This document shows, one piece after another, positions 13,337 to 25,943 of a stretch of 64,000 nt of DNA. The stretch comes from Calcarisporiella thermophila CBS 279.70 (Eukaryota > Fungi > Calcarisporiellomycota): NCBI RefSeq assembly GCF_041956535.1, contig NW_027192207.1, forward strand, positions 188,810-252,809, given 5' to 3'. Made by a program: the position numbers and the translations under genes. The notes under the pieces were generated by a model. It had not been told where the DNA came from and searched no databases. It saw only the letters and a program-made list of their open reading frames with translations. Position 1 is the stretch's first letter; each line of letters opens with the position of its first letter.

Positions 13337-13430
13337 TGTATCAAGAAGGACCCGCTGAGCGGCCTATTTATATTTATATATATACATGTGCAATAATACA
13401 CAATAAATACCACCCCGTCAATAGAGAGGA

Positions 13431-14175
13431 CTATTCTCCTCTGCTATAGAGAAGCAGTTTTTCCAACCGCAGCTTGACCGGCTCATCCACCTTATACGCC
13501 AGCGTCTCTGCCTCGCCCGGCATTCGTAAAGCTCTCAAGCGCACTAAACCCACCGGTGGCTCATGTTGTTCTCTCCGATCCTCCACGACGACAATCTCTT
13601 TGCGACACTCTGTTACGTTCGCATCCCACCGTATCTCCGGGATATCCGCCTCTGCAATATTGACGGCCAAGCTCAACTCATGCTCCTTCCCGCTGTGTTG
13701 CCCAAGACAGACCAAGATCTCTTTCATGGAAGAGAGTGTCACCGTGTCCATTTCCGGCCCCGATTTATCTACAAGGGCGTAGCGCCCATCCGCACTGAAA
13801 CTGCGCAGCGGGCCGGTCGCGAAATAGGCGAACCGATGGCAGGGAGATATTTGCCTGAATTCAAGGAGAGTGTGCGTTTCAATTTGTCGGTTTTTATCCA
13901 TCCCTACCAAGTTGAGCTAGGCGCAAGGATAGAGATGCAGATCAAGGGTTGGATGCAAATGTTTTTTAGACAAGTTCTTTTTAGAGAAGTATATTCACCT
14001 GGATCCACATTCCCCTTTTCATGTAATTCTTCATTTTATTTGTAAGAATTCGATGAGCTACTGCGGCGAATCGCTTGTTTGCACTACGGAGGATCACAAG
14101 CGACTCAAAGGGAAGAAAGCTGAATATGAGATCGAGTAGCTCCTCTGCAAGCTTGTCAAATGCAGAATCAGACAT
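13431..14175 (-). CDS. F-box protein, 2 exons
   Basis: N-terminal F-box (FDKLAEELLDLIFSFLPFESLVILRSANKRF). Intron ~13998-13917 joins it in frame to the 13431 ORF. Confidence 0.75.
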
Positions 14176-14818
14176 TATTTAATTCAGATCAAGATTGTAA
14201 GCCTGAAATGTTAGAGTGAGGCCTCTGTAAAAAAAAAAGCAAAAAGGCCTTGAGGAGATAATGTAAACTTTTATAAGAGGGAGTTCTCTTGGTTTTAGCG
14301 GGGAAAAGTACCGGCGAAGAGATGGGATTGCTATCCTGATTAGAGTGAAAAAAAAGAGGCGGTGCAATAAGGGCCTCATATATGCATGGAGAATTGGCAT
14401 ATTTGCAAAATAGCAGAGTTGGCTCAGGTTTGATTTGCTTGTGCAGGATGATCTATATTCGTTCTTAATTCTTTTCCTCTTCCTGTTCACTCCTTTGACG
14501 CTCACCCTTGAAATTACATCCCTTTCTCTCCTTAATGTTTTGAACGATACACCCCCCCACCTCCACCCCACTAGATATACACGCTCCTTTCCTTAACAGA
14601 ATCTACATTCAACCTACTCTCCTTTCATTTTGTTGGTCGCAAATTTTGAGCCATAATATTGTTTGATTGCTGAAATTTCCCTCATTCTTACCCCCTCCAC
14701 CAACAATCCCCTTATATTCCCTCACCCACCCTCGCTTCTCCCCCCCTAGCCCTCTTATCTACTCTCTTCCTTGCCCACATCCTTTCTTTTGATTTTCTGA
14801 AATTCCTTCCAATCATTA

Positions 14819-16247
14819 ATGTCGACAACACAACTCCCTTCACGTCCATTTCTCAAGCGATCGGCTCCGATGGCTGATGAGAATGAGAATGTGAAGGAGC
14901 CACGATCGTTTGGCGGTAAGAAAAAGCCACTTTCGTCCAAATCCACCACCACCTCCGCGGCTGCTTCCAAAACTCGTCGTAGCGCTCTGTCGATTGTTGA
15001 CGCAAACACCAAGGTAAGATTGGGTTTAAATATCTACTACTATCGACTCTCAGAGGTCTTATGCTGGAATTCTGTATGGACACAGGGGCAAAGAGAATTG
15101 AATAAGGATAGCAAAACAACAGCCTCTGCCACATCATACCTGAAATCAACGCGTGTATCATCCAAATCCTATTCATCCACAACCACAGCAGGTGCACCCC
15201 CAAAACAAAAACTTCGTGTGCGAAAACCGGAGGTCGTGGCGAAGGAAGAGGAGGAAAGTGCGGAGGCCCCGGTGGACGACGAGGATATGGAGGTGGACGT
15301 AAACAAGCCCGCCGACACCAGCAACTCGACGGAGGCAGAGCAGAATGAGGAAGCCAATGAGTTTGAGGACGAGGACGACTACCTGGACACCACAATGGTG
15401 GCCGAGTATGCCACCGAGATCTTCCAGTACATGCGGGAGCTGGAATTGCGGTATATGCCTGACCCCGACTACATGGAGCGCCAGACCGAGGTGCAATGGA
15501 GCATGCGGACCGTGCTTATCGACTGGCTTGTCCAGGTGCATTCTCGTTTCCAGCTTCTCCCCGAAACCCTCTTTCTCTGCGTCAACATCATTGACCGCTT
15601 CCTCTCCGTCAAGGTGGTTGCGCTCCAAAAGCTGCAGCTGGTTGGGTGTGCCGCGCTCTTCATTGCCGCCAAAGTCGAGGAGATTCAGTGCCCGTCCGTC
15701 ACCGAGTTTGTCTACATGGTTGACCACCAGTACACGGCGGAGGAGATGCTCAAGGCGGAGCGATTCATGCTTAACCAACTCAAGTTCGAGCTTGGGTGGC
15801 CAGGCCCGTACAATTTCCTGCGACGGATATCGAAGGCGGACGATTATGATATCCAAACCCGCACGCTAGCCAAGTATTTTATCGAGGTCACTCTGGTGGA
15901 CGAAAAGTTCCTGGACGTGCCGGCGTCCCTGGTGGCGGCCGCGGGACATTATCTGGCCATGATGATGCTGAACAAGGGCGAATGGGTAAATATCACTTGG
16001 TTGAATGTGTGGCGTGCCCTGCCAAACCTAACGACCTCCCCTTCTAACCTCGATTCCCATCTAGACGCGTGCCCATCGATACTACTCCGGCTACAAGGAG
16101 GAGGAGCTGCAGCCCGTGGTAGATCGGATCCTCGAATTGCTCCATCACCCGAAAAAACACCTAGCTATCACTGAAAAATACTCGGAGAAGCGGTACATGA
16201 AGGCGTCGTTGTATGTATCTCATCAACTGTCGAAGCGTCAATTTTAA
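14819..16247 (+). CDS. B-type (G2/M) cyclin
   Basis: D-box RSALSIVDAN, cyclin box MRTVLIDWLVQVH..LLPETLFL, KLQLVG, NFLRRISKADDYD; introns ~15013-15084 and ~15986-16064. Confidence 0.93.
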
Positions 16248-16644
16248 GTTGGCCTGTTTATTTGTTTGTGATTGTGTTTAAAGAATGCGCTCTTTACCTT
16301 CTTCTATATTGTGTGTCCTTGTTCTCTCTAGAGTCTTTTTTTTTTTTTAACCTTCTCCTTAAATTGTTTAATTTTTACTATAATTGTGTGCTTATTATTC
16401 TTTTCTCTCCTTCTTTCTCTCTTTCTCTTTGTTTCTATTCTTCTGAGTGTTGCATAATTTCATTGACCTTTAATTTTTATAAATATACGTTTTTCGCCTA
16501 CTGTTCAAATAAGAATGCGCATGAGGACAAAAAAAAAAATTTGACGCGCAGCATCGTGATTTGATTTTGCCGCTGATTCCCCTCTTTAGACTATATATTC
16601 CCCTAGATTGCCTTAACAATTTCAGCCAAAATCGAAAAAGTGAG

Positions 16645-17818
16645 ATGATCTCAGCAGGTCCCACAGGTAGCCTCTTCATTTTTTGAGTTCACTTAGTAGC
16701 GATCATATTGACATTGTCCCTGATTAGGGTTCTATAATGCCTCTGTCACGAAGGGCATCTTGCTTGGTGTTGGAGGATGCTCGCTGCTGGCCTCTATTCT
16801 CAACTTAAAGCCTATGTTCCATCTACAGCTCATTCCTCATTTAACCAGAGATCACCAGGTATCTAAGGGCTAGATCGATATATATTCCCTGAAGCTGTAT
16901 ACTGATTCCTTCAATTCTTTTTTTTTTTTTCCTACCAGTTTTGGCGGCTAGTCACCTCCCATGTTGCCTTCACCAATTCGGGTGAGCTCTTTTTCGGTAT
17001 GCTTATAATCTATCATCTCCGCGTCATCGAGCGGCAGTTTGGCTCCGTGAAATATGCGGCCTTTGTCTTTGTTTCCGTCGCCATGGCCACGATTCTAGAA
17101 GTTGGGGCATTAATGATTTGGGGCTCATTGAATGGAAAATATATACCCGCCGGTCCTTACGGGTTCATTTATGCCGCTCTATATCAGTACTACAAGCTCA
17201 TCCCTGAGACATATCGGTTCCGTTTATTCGGTGTGCCTCTGACCGACAAAATCTACCTCTACGTCCTCGCCTCCCAACTCTTAATATCGCATTTCCCTAA
17301 CTCCGTGGTGGCTGGTGTTTGCGGATTGGTCGCAGGGATGTTGTACAGGGCCGATGTGGCCAACGTAAAGCGGTGGCGATTCCCGGGCGTCCTAGTAAGA
17401 TTCGCTAAGAGATGGCTAGAGCCCTTGCTGGCCAGCCGGCCCACAATCCGGTCGAACGCGACCACTCAGGAACAGCGCGCGAGGATGCTGCGGGATGACA
17501 TTCGGTCGCGACAGCAGACGGCCGAGGCCATGCGGGTAAGTAGCTGCTCAGCTCTGGGGGAAAGCGGTGGAGGAGAGACCGTGACCCGACCGCGAAACGT
17601 CTAATCCATTGATTTTCCCACGTTAGGAGTATCTCGGCTCGCTTGCGCGTGCAGAGCCCGGCGGAATCAATCCCCCCTCGGATGAGGAAGTGTCCATGCT
17701 GGTAGCCATGTTTCCAAATATCCCGCGGGAGACCGTAGTGCAGGCGCTAACCTCCTCCAACAACGATGTGAGCCGAGCGGTGGAATACTTGTTGTCCACC
17801 ACCGAGCAGCGAGAGTGA
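16645..17818 (+). CDS. DSC2: Dsc2/UBAC2-like rhomboid pseudoprotease with C-terminal UBA-like domain
   Basis: G|FYNASVTK, HQ|FWRL, LIIYHLRVIERQFGSVKY; the last exon LVAMFP..NNDVSRAVEYLL is UBA-like. Three introns. Confidence 0.8.
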
Positions 17819-18212
17819 TTGTGATATCTATTTGTGTTTTAATTAGAGAAAAAACCCAAGTCTTTAGATTAATTCAAAGCTATTGTTTTTAATTCGTGCA
17901 TGTTATTTTGCACCGGCAAGAGCAAGATAAAGGACAATAGTGTTTATTTTGCTTTTTTGGAGGGCCGTTTTCATTTCAGGAGACTTCAAACTGAAGGTGC
18001 TGAAGACTCCGAAATTGAGTCCAGGTGGCAAATCTTCCCCGAGGAATAAATACATATCCTCCTAGTTAGGGTGCTCGTTCCATTTCATTTCCATTGTTTT
18101 TGCATGGAGCTTCTGATTCATTCCCATCGGAAAGGCAGAAGGCGACCCACTCTCAGCACATTGACAAGCACTTCAAGCCCCTTCTTATCCCTCGCTCAGT
18201 GCGCGGAACAGC

Positions 18213-20179
18213 ATGTCTGATCACAACAAGAGATCAGGATATTTGTCCAGCGACACGATTTCCACCAATGACCGTTACAATTTGACGGAACGGGATCCTC
18301 TCCTCGAGGCCTACCGCAGAGCCTCCTCGGAGCCTCATTATACTGATCCGATTCCATCCGATGCTCATTCACCTCCCTTTTCCGCCACTCCGAAAGAAGG
18401 AGATCTCTTACCAGAGAGTTTTCCTACCACTACCGACAACACGGTTGAATTAAGCCAAGAGAACACGGCTGATATGGAGTATTTTTTTGCAGGCAGACGT
18501 GAATCCACTGCCAACGCATTGTATCTTTCCTATGCGAACCAGGAGAAAATCAATTACCACGCGTTGGACATGTATCTTGAAAAGGAGAAGAAGAATAAGC
18601 ATCAGACCTTGAGCTTTATGAGAAAAGACTCTGTATGCAGCAAGTATTCCATGAGGAGACCGAACCTGTATGGGGAAACTACCGACAAGGTAGCATTTAT
18701 AGTTCTACCTCTACTCTTCCAATGTAAACAATGTCACCTTTAATGATCCAATGTGTTTGTACGTATAAAAAACCAATAGATAGCTGATACTCCGTATCGC
18801 TTCACCTTCTATTCCACTGCAATAAGCACAGTGCATGCCTGTTTTCTCCACGAAATCCCCCCGTGTGGAACCTCGTTCTCAGACATGTTACGCGCAGGCT
18901 GTTTCTGGATCGACATCCTAGCGCCTACTGATGAAGAAATGACGGCGCTTGGCCATGTGTTTCGCATCCATCCCCTCACCATTGAGGACATCATGATGGA
19001 GGAGGGGCGAGAGAAGTTCGAAGTATTTAAATCTTATCAATTTATGTGCATTCAGACATATGAACAGGAGCGTTTCTCGCCGAACTACTTGCAACCAGTC
19101 AGCCTCTATATAATAATCATGAAGGAGGGGATTTTGACGGTGAGGCTAGGCGTGCTGGATGCAATAAGGAGTAAAGGCTCTAATACTAATACTTTTTGTA
19201 ATACTGGTTATGGGTAGTTTCATTTTAGCTCCATGTTGCACCCCATGAATGTGCGTCGACGCATCAAGATCTTGAAGGATTATATTAATGTGACGCCTGG
19301 TAATGATTTTTCTATTTACCCAGCCAACACCATAGGGGCACGCCTACTCACACTTTGTAACTCCTTGGTCCTAATTCATATTCCAGAATGGATCACATAT
19401 GCATTGATCGACGATGTTGCGGATGGGTAAACATGGAAAACAGTGCTATTTGTTAGAGTGACAGAGAGGCCCTCATGGACCGTCACCTTACCTCCACTTT
19501 AGGTTCGCCCCCATCATTCACACCATTGAGTTCGAGGTGGACACCGTGGACGAACTGGTCCTCATCCTAAAAGAGAGCGAGCAATCCGATATGCTTCGAC
19601 GCATCGGCTACTGCCGGAAGAAGATCATGGGCATGTATCGATTACTGGGAAATAAGACCGATGTATTACGTGGGCTTATCAAGCGGTGTGAAGACCCGGA
19701 GGTGGTACTCTACCTTGGGGATGTTCTTGGTAAATCTTGAGATATCTGAAGTGAATGCACAATTCCATTGCTAATCCACCATCTTCATCCCCAACCGCTT
19801 CGCAGACCACATCCTGACCATGGTTCAGTCGCTTAGTCACTACGAGAAGATTTCCTCACGATCCCACTCCAACTACTTGGCCCAAATATCGATAGATATG
19901 ACCATAAGCTCGAATGTCACCAACGATGCGCTTGCGAAACTGACTGCACTCGGAAGTGTACTGATCCCCATGAATTTGGTCACTGGTAAGCATGTGGGTT
20001 GAACACCAAGATTGTCCCCCTCATCTCTCAGCCATTCTATTCTAGGCTTGTGGGGTATGAATGTGAAGGTTCCCGGCCAGGAGCGGGATGATTTGGCCTA
20101 TTTCTTTGGGCTGCTCTCTTTCATGCTGCTGTTTGCTGTGGTGTTGACGCTGGTGCTCAAGAATCTGCGGCTTCTGTGA
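18213..20179 (+). CDS. CorA-family Mg2+ transporter (ALR1/MNR2-like), multi-exon
   Basis: FWIDILAPT, FRIHPLTIEDI, SDMLRRIG, SRSHSNYLAQIS, LIPMNLVTG|LWGMNVKVPG (GMN motif); stop at 20179. Confidence 0.93.
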
Positions 20180-21409
20180 ACGTAGACCGCTTCCTCTCTA
20201 GGGTTGTCTGTACAAAGCTGTGTACTCTCATGAATATAATATGTGTATTTGCTGTGTAAGTAAATTATTTAGGAGTTTCCATTAAGAATTAGAATGAACA
20301 CGCTTTCGATATCTTTAATTTCTTCGTAATTCTTATTAATGTCCATATCCTCTCCTCCACGAAGTACTGGTGGAGAACAGATTGAAATGCTTTCTTTCAA
20401 TTACTTAAATCATTCTTGATTCTCCTCACTTTCTACTATTGCACTAAAAATTAGAGCTCTAGGATGGTTTTTCGCAGAGTTATTAGCTCTCGAAGTTTCT
20501 GCTATGATACTAGAGATTTATAAAGTATCTTCGGAAAGTTTTGCGGCACCTTAATATTTTATACCTTTACCTAAACTTCTCAAAGACAACAGAAAACAGC
20601 TCTTTTCTTGTTTCGAGCTTCTCACTGGCTTGAAGAAGTGCATGTTGTCTAAGGGTATGATGGTACGGGTTGTCTGTGTTCTTGTAGATGATGAAACAAA
20701 ATCATCCTATCTCGTGAATGAAAAAAGAATTGTATAACTTCGTCTAAGTATATCGTCCCTGAAGTTTTCCTCTTCCTCTTTCTCCTTCAACTCCAACATG
20801 AAGTGAAATGATTATTCATTAATTTGCTTACTTTGTTGGATTTAGTTGAAAATGCGTCGTAAAAAAAGTACTCTCTGGAAATACGTCGATACGATTAAAC
20901 AGAAACAATATTCACTTGCCAGTTGTAATAACTGTGGGATAACATTTTGGACGAATGCTGTGGCTTAACCCACGTGACGATAATCCAATCATATTACTGA
21001 GACCCTGAAACCGTGATTTTTGTCGGATATGTGTTTTATTATACAAAATATCCCACACGCATAAAAAACAAAAAATACTGCGTTTCATCCTGTTTTTCAA
21101 CCCTTTTCACAACACTAGTTTCGAGAATAAATATTCTTGAATATATATTTATTTTTAAGGAAATATTAATACTGTTGCAGAGAGTTCTGAAACGCTGATT
21201 CTTCAAAATCTAAATGCGGTATGTTTGATCAAGCTTGGAAACTCCCATATTGGCTTTTGGACATTGGAATAAAAGAAGCGGAGTTTTCTCTTTCATATCT
21301 CAAATTATCCATAACATATACCTAAGAAATATAAGCCACCATGAATATTTCTATGAATATTAATAAATACTATCTAGATGTATGCTTCATTTTTTGTTAG
21401 TTTCCTTCT

Positions 21410-21981
21410 NNNNNNNNNNNNNNNNNNNNNNNNNNNNNNNNNNNNNNNNNNNNNNNNNNNNNNNNNNNNNNNNNNNNNNNNNNNNNNNNNNNNNNNNNNN
21501 NNNNNNNNNNNNNNNNNNNNNNNNNNNNNNNNNNNNNNNNNNNNNNNNNNNNNNNNNNNNNNNNNNNNNNNNNNNNNNNNNNNNNNNNNNNNNNNNNNNN
21601 NNNNNNNNNNNNNNNNNNNNNNNNNNNNNNNNNNNNNNNNNNNNNNNNNNNNNNNNNNNNNNNNNNNNNNNNNNNNNNNNNNNNNNNNNNNNNNNNNNNN
21701 NNNNNNNNNNNNNNNNNNNNNNNNNNNNNNNNNNNNNNNNNNNNNNNNNNNNNNNNNNNNNNNNNNNNNNNNNNNNNNNNNNNNNNNNNNNNNNNNNNNN
21801 NNNNNNNNNNNNNNNNNNNNNNNNNNNNNNNNNNNNNNNNNNNNNNNNNNNNNNNNNNNNNNNNNNNNNNNNNNNNNNNNNNNNNNNNNNNNNNNNNNNN
21901 NNNNNNNNNNNNNNNNNNNNNNNNNNNNNNNNNNNNNNNNNNNNNNNNNNNNNNNNNNNNNNNNNNNNNNNNNNNNNNNNN
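21410..21981. other. Assembly gap (N run)
   Basis: Run of N. Confidence 1.
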
Positions 21982-22115
21982 TAGATGTTATTGTCTTTCT
22001 ATTTTTTGTTTTAGTTTCCTTTCAGGTTTTTTTTTTTGTTTTTTTTTTTTTTTTTTTTTTTCTTTATTCCTTTACGATATACGCGATTACTAGAAATAAT
22101 TCACAATTATTATCT

Positions 22116-24768
22116 ATGGAGGATGTTAGTATGCAAGACGTTGATGCAGAGAGCTCTAATACCCCAAGAAAACGTACTCGCAGCCTTGAAGATACAATTG
22201 CCAGAATTGAGATATTAAAATGTAAAATAGACACAGTAGAAATAGTCTCTTCAAGCTATTGACTTTCGCTTACTTTCTCGCTGTTTAGCTGTGATCAAAC
22301 AACTCGAAGATTACGATCAGATAGGTAGAAATAAAGATCAAGACATATAGAATCAATGAGAGATCAATTGAGGGAACTGTTTAAGTTGAAAGCAGAGTTG
22401 GAAGGTACGCGACATTTTTTTATAGGGCCAATTGGATATGTATTGAATGATTGTGCTTTTTATGCTTTTTAGGATCAGGTGGTTCTGATTCTGCATGTTT
22501 GGATAGCGAAATTGTGCTTCAGGTTGAAGAGGCTTTTACAACACAATACAAGGATCCCCACGATGTCTTAAAACATTTTAAGGACTATCTAAGCTGGTGT
22601 CACTGGGAGAGAAAAAATCAAACATTTTTGGAAGTTGCTCCGTTTATCCCAATAGTTCAAAGTTCAGGCTATGGTAAAACTCGCATGATTGCTGAGCTCG
22701 CTCGAGAAATCCATGTCCTATATATATGTAATCGCGCACCTGATTCAACCGGCTTTCCTCTTGCATCGCCCAAAGTTGAATACATTTTTCGTCTTCTGAG
22801 TTTACCTTCCGATGGGAACTCATTTTCGCAGATCCAGCCTTTCGCAATGATGATGATAGTTGCAGTCCAAGAAATCAAAGCCCGAGGATTAAGTCCTGAT
22901 GTGTTTTGGAACATGCAGATTTACGAGCGCAGCGTTTGCACTGAGTTTTGGGAGAAGATTATAGCTAGATATAAAGGGTATATATGCGTTATAGACCATT
23001 GATATTTTCTAATATTTTTTACACATTAATAAGCTACAAAGATATGGAGAGTGAATTGAAACCCATACTGAGTGATGAGGAATACTTGATCAAACTATTT
23101 GAAAAGCCTCATAACGATCACGAGATTACATTACTTTGTTGCTTTGATGAAGCCCACATGCTCATTGATGAGTCAAAGAATTTAGAATCAAGAGATCGAA
23201 ATCGAATGTTCAGGCTATGGCGACGTGCAATTCGTTCAATTAAATGGTCAGGGTTCTTTTCAGTATGCCTCAGCACTAACGGAAAGATAGGAAACTTTTT
23301 CCCGATGATCGAAAACGATATTTCTGCGCGTCAAGTGCGTTTCACCCAATTTCAGCCCTTTATTGATGTGGCTACAACGGATGTCCTTGTGCCTGATACT
23401 TTTCCTGAATGTCCTACACCACTGCAACTTGTAAAACTCGGACGCCCACTATTTGGTGTCCTGGTAAAGGATGAGAATTACATTTTGGATGTAGTTAGAT
23501 TGGCCTCAGCAAAGCTTGATAGAACCAATGGACAAACCAAAGAGGGTGCTCTTGCTCGGCTTGCCTGTCTCGCTGCAGTAAAAATATCCCCCAGAGCCGC
23601 TCTAGCAGAGGAGATGGTGGCTGACCATATGGCCACTGCCCTCGGTATTTCACCCGATCGATCCAAGGTCTACATTACATATGCATCTGAACCAGTCCTT
23701 GCTGCTGCTGCGCTTTCTATTTATCCAGACGAACGCAGGTGGTCAAAGGATGTTCATTGGTTGGCCGAATCACTATCACAAGGCATCGCTGACTCGGGCG
23801 AGTGCGGAGAAGTAGCTGCTCGTATTGCGTTGTTACGGGCAATGCAAAAAGTTTGCCAAGCTAAAAACAAATCGAGCGTGAAAATATATTTCTGTGAGCC
23901 AGTAACAGTACAGGAGTTTCTCTCTTCCTTGGTATTGGAGGATGGAGAACTTACCTGCAAAATGAGGTCCGCCAGCCCTAACTCGCATAGGTAAACATGA
24001 AATCATTGCTAGAATCGATATATTAATCTTATACACAATGGAATATGTAGGCCAAGCTTTTTTAACAAGGTGTCTGAGAAAATTCGCAACCTGATAAAGA
24101 CAGATAAAATGGAGCAAACCTATGAAACTCCTCGTGGTGAGGCAGAATTTATGCTAGGGCAAGTTGCATTCAATCACTTTCTCTCTGTCTATTGTAACGC
24201 AGAGGAAGAGTGTCCTTCGCTCTCAGGACAAAATCCGGATGAAACCCTTTTGAAAGCTTGCTGGCAACGCCGAGCAGCCATCACAATGAAACATGGGTAT
24301 AAGGCGATCGATCTCGCAATCCCTGTTCGTTTAGGGAATGGAAAATTTTCTTGTATTGCCGTTCAAGTTAAAAATCGGCAGGAGGAAACATCAACCGAAG
24401 TTGGTGCCAATATCTGGGCTATGGAGTTGCAAGTTAGGCGCTGGTTTAGAGAACCACCTCCAGCCCATCTTAATCTCTACATTTCTCTCAGAAACCCAAG
24501 GGTTTCAGTGGGAGGGTCCTTTCCACTCTCACCACTTCAAACTCAACCAGGGACTCCAAGTTATATAATTATATCCAATTGCGGTTCGTTTGCTTTCACT
24601 GAAAAACTAGTGGAAGGACTGAAGCTCATAATTAACTCGCGACCTCTGGATATTCCCGCAAACATTCGTAAGCTTACTTACTATGATAAGGAAGGAGCAT
24701 CGCGGGCCCTAGAAACGCCAATGGATCGAAGCAAATATATCGGTTATTTTCTCAATATGAAACGCTGA
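22116..24768 (+). CDS. CRN-type P-loop NTPase + PD-(D/E)xK nuclease-fold protein, 5 exons, possible frameshift in exon 2
   Basis: IVQSSGYGKT (Walker A), CCFDEAH (Walker B), GRPLF, YASEPVLA, GECGEVAARIALL, FNHF and IDLAIPV..IAVQVKN (D..QxK). Introns 22222-22288, 22405-22472, 22978-23033 and 23991-24050; exons 3-5 join in frame. Confidence 0.75.
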
Positions 24769-25943
24769 CTTCAGTACTGAATTTTCAGTTTTAATATTCG
24801 CTAGCATTTGAGATCCTCTCTTTTTTTTTTTTGATAAAACTAAGAATATTGTATATATTATATATAGCTTATTTACTAAATTGTCCTTTATATCTAATAT
24901 TCTTGTTAACCATTCATTTTCAGTTTTGCGGTCTCATTATGTTTGCTACCCTTGCTCCTCTATTCATCACTTTACAATCTTGTAGCAGGATGAAATATCG
25001 CTTATTTTTACCTTGTAATGGAATGAACCTCAAATGCAGAGTCACTTATAATTCATACGATATCATAATATGGTATCTCTAAAATTTATCCCAGTTAGCA
25101 CGACGTCTATGTTCCACCACAGATGCCCAAACTTATTAATAGAACAGAAGGTTCTACATAGATGCGGCGGGGTGGAGGGAGGGAATCGCGGCCAAATCCT
25201 CTCGAACATTAACTCAAATGTTTTCCAGGTTGGAGGCGGGCTGGCCAGTTCCATTTGAGTCATGAGTGTCTTCACGCCTTCTAATTTGGAACGCGCCGGC
25301 CTCGACAATCTTCTGGCGGAATATTGCGCGAATGAAGGCTAATCTAGATCCGCCCGTTTAGCTTTATTACGGCCAGACGCGTAGGAGCGAGCCCAGTTCC
25401 CTCGAGATCAGCTGCATGATTTGGGCCCCACCTCCACCGCGGCCGCAGAAAGCCGCTCGTTGGGTGCGACCGCTGCTGGCCGCTACCACGCGAAGCCGGC
25501 AGCGCCTCTGGCCGCGCTCTCCCATTTGTCCGATTTCGCAGCGAAGCGCGTCGCACATCTACGTCAGGAGTGGGGGGCCTTGGATTCGCATTCCGGTCCC
25601 CGGCACAGCTTGAGGCTTATAGGCTGCGCGCAGGCCGGGCGGCAAGACAGAGGGCAATTTTGGGAGCTTGTCTACCCCGAAGCAACAATCTCCAGCACCG
25701 TGTACCACGGCCGTTGCTTTTTTTAAAGTTAAGCCCTTCGGATGGCAGCCACTCGCCGGGCCTCGGGCTGTTTATTTCGTTTCTTTTTTCTTTCTTTCGT
25801 GGTTTGCCGTCAAAGCCTACCTAGCACAGCGGTGCTATATTTATCTTTGACCGCTTCTTGTTTTCTCTCTCGCTTTCATCTCGATCGGCGTTGGATTCGG
25901 CCGCCTCATCCCCCATCCCCATTCCTTAGATAGCACCGCTGCA

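Noticed and set aside
20250-21400. Coding-like fragments on the minus strand in AT-rich DNA
   Set aside because: Many stops and no identifiable motif; possibly a relic but not supportable.
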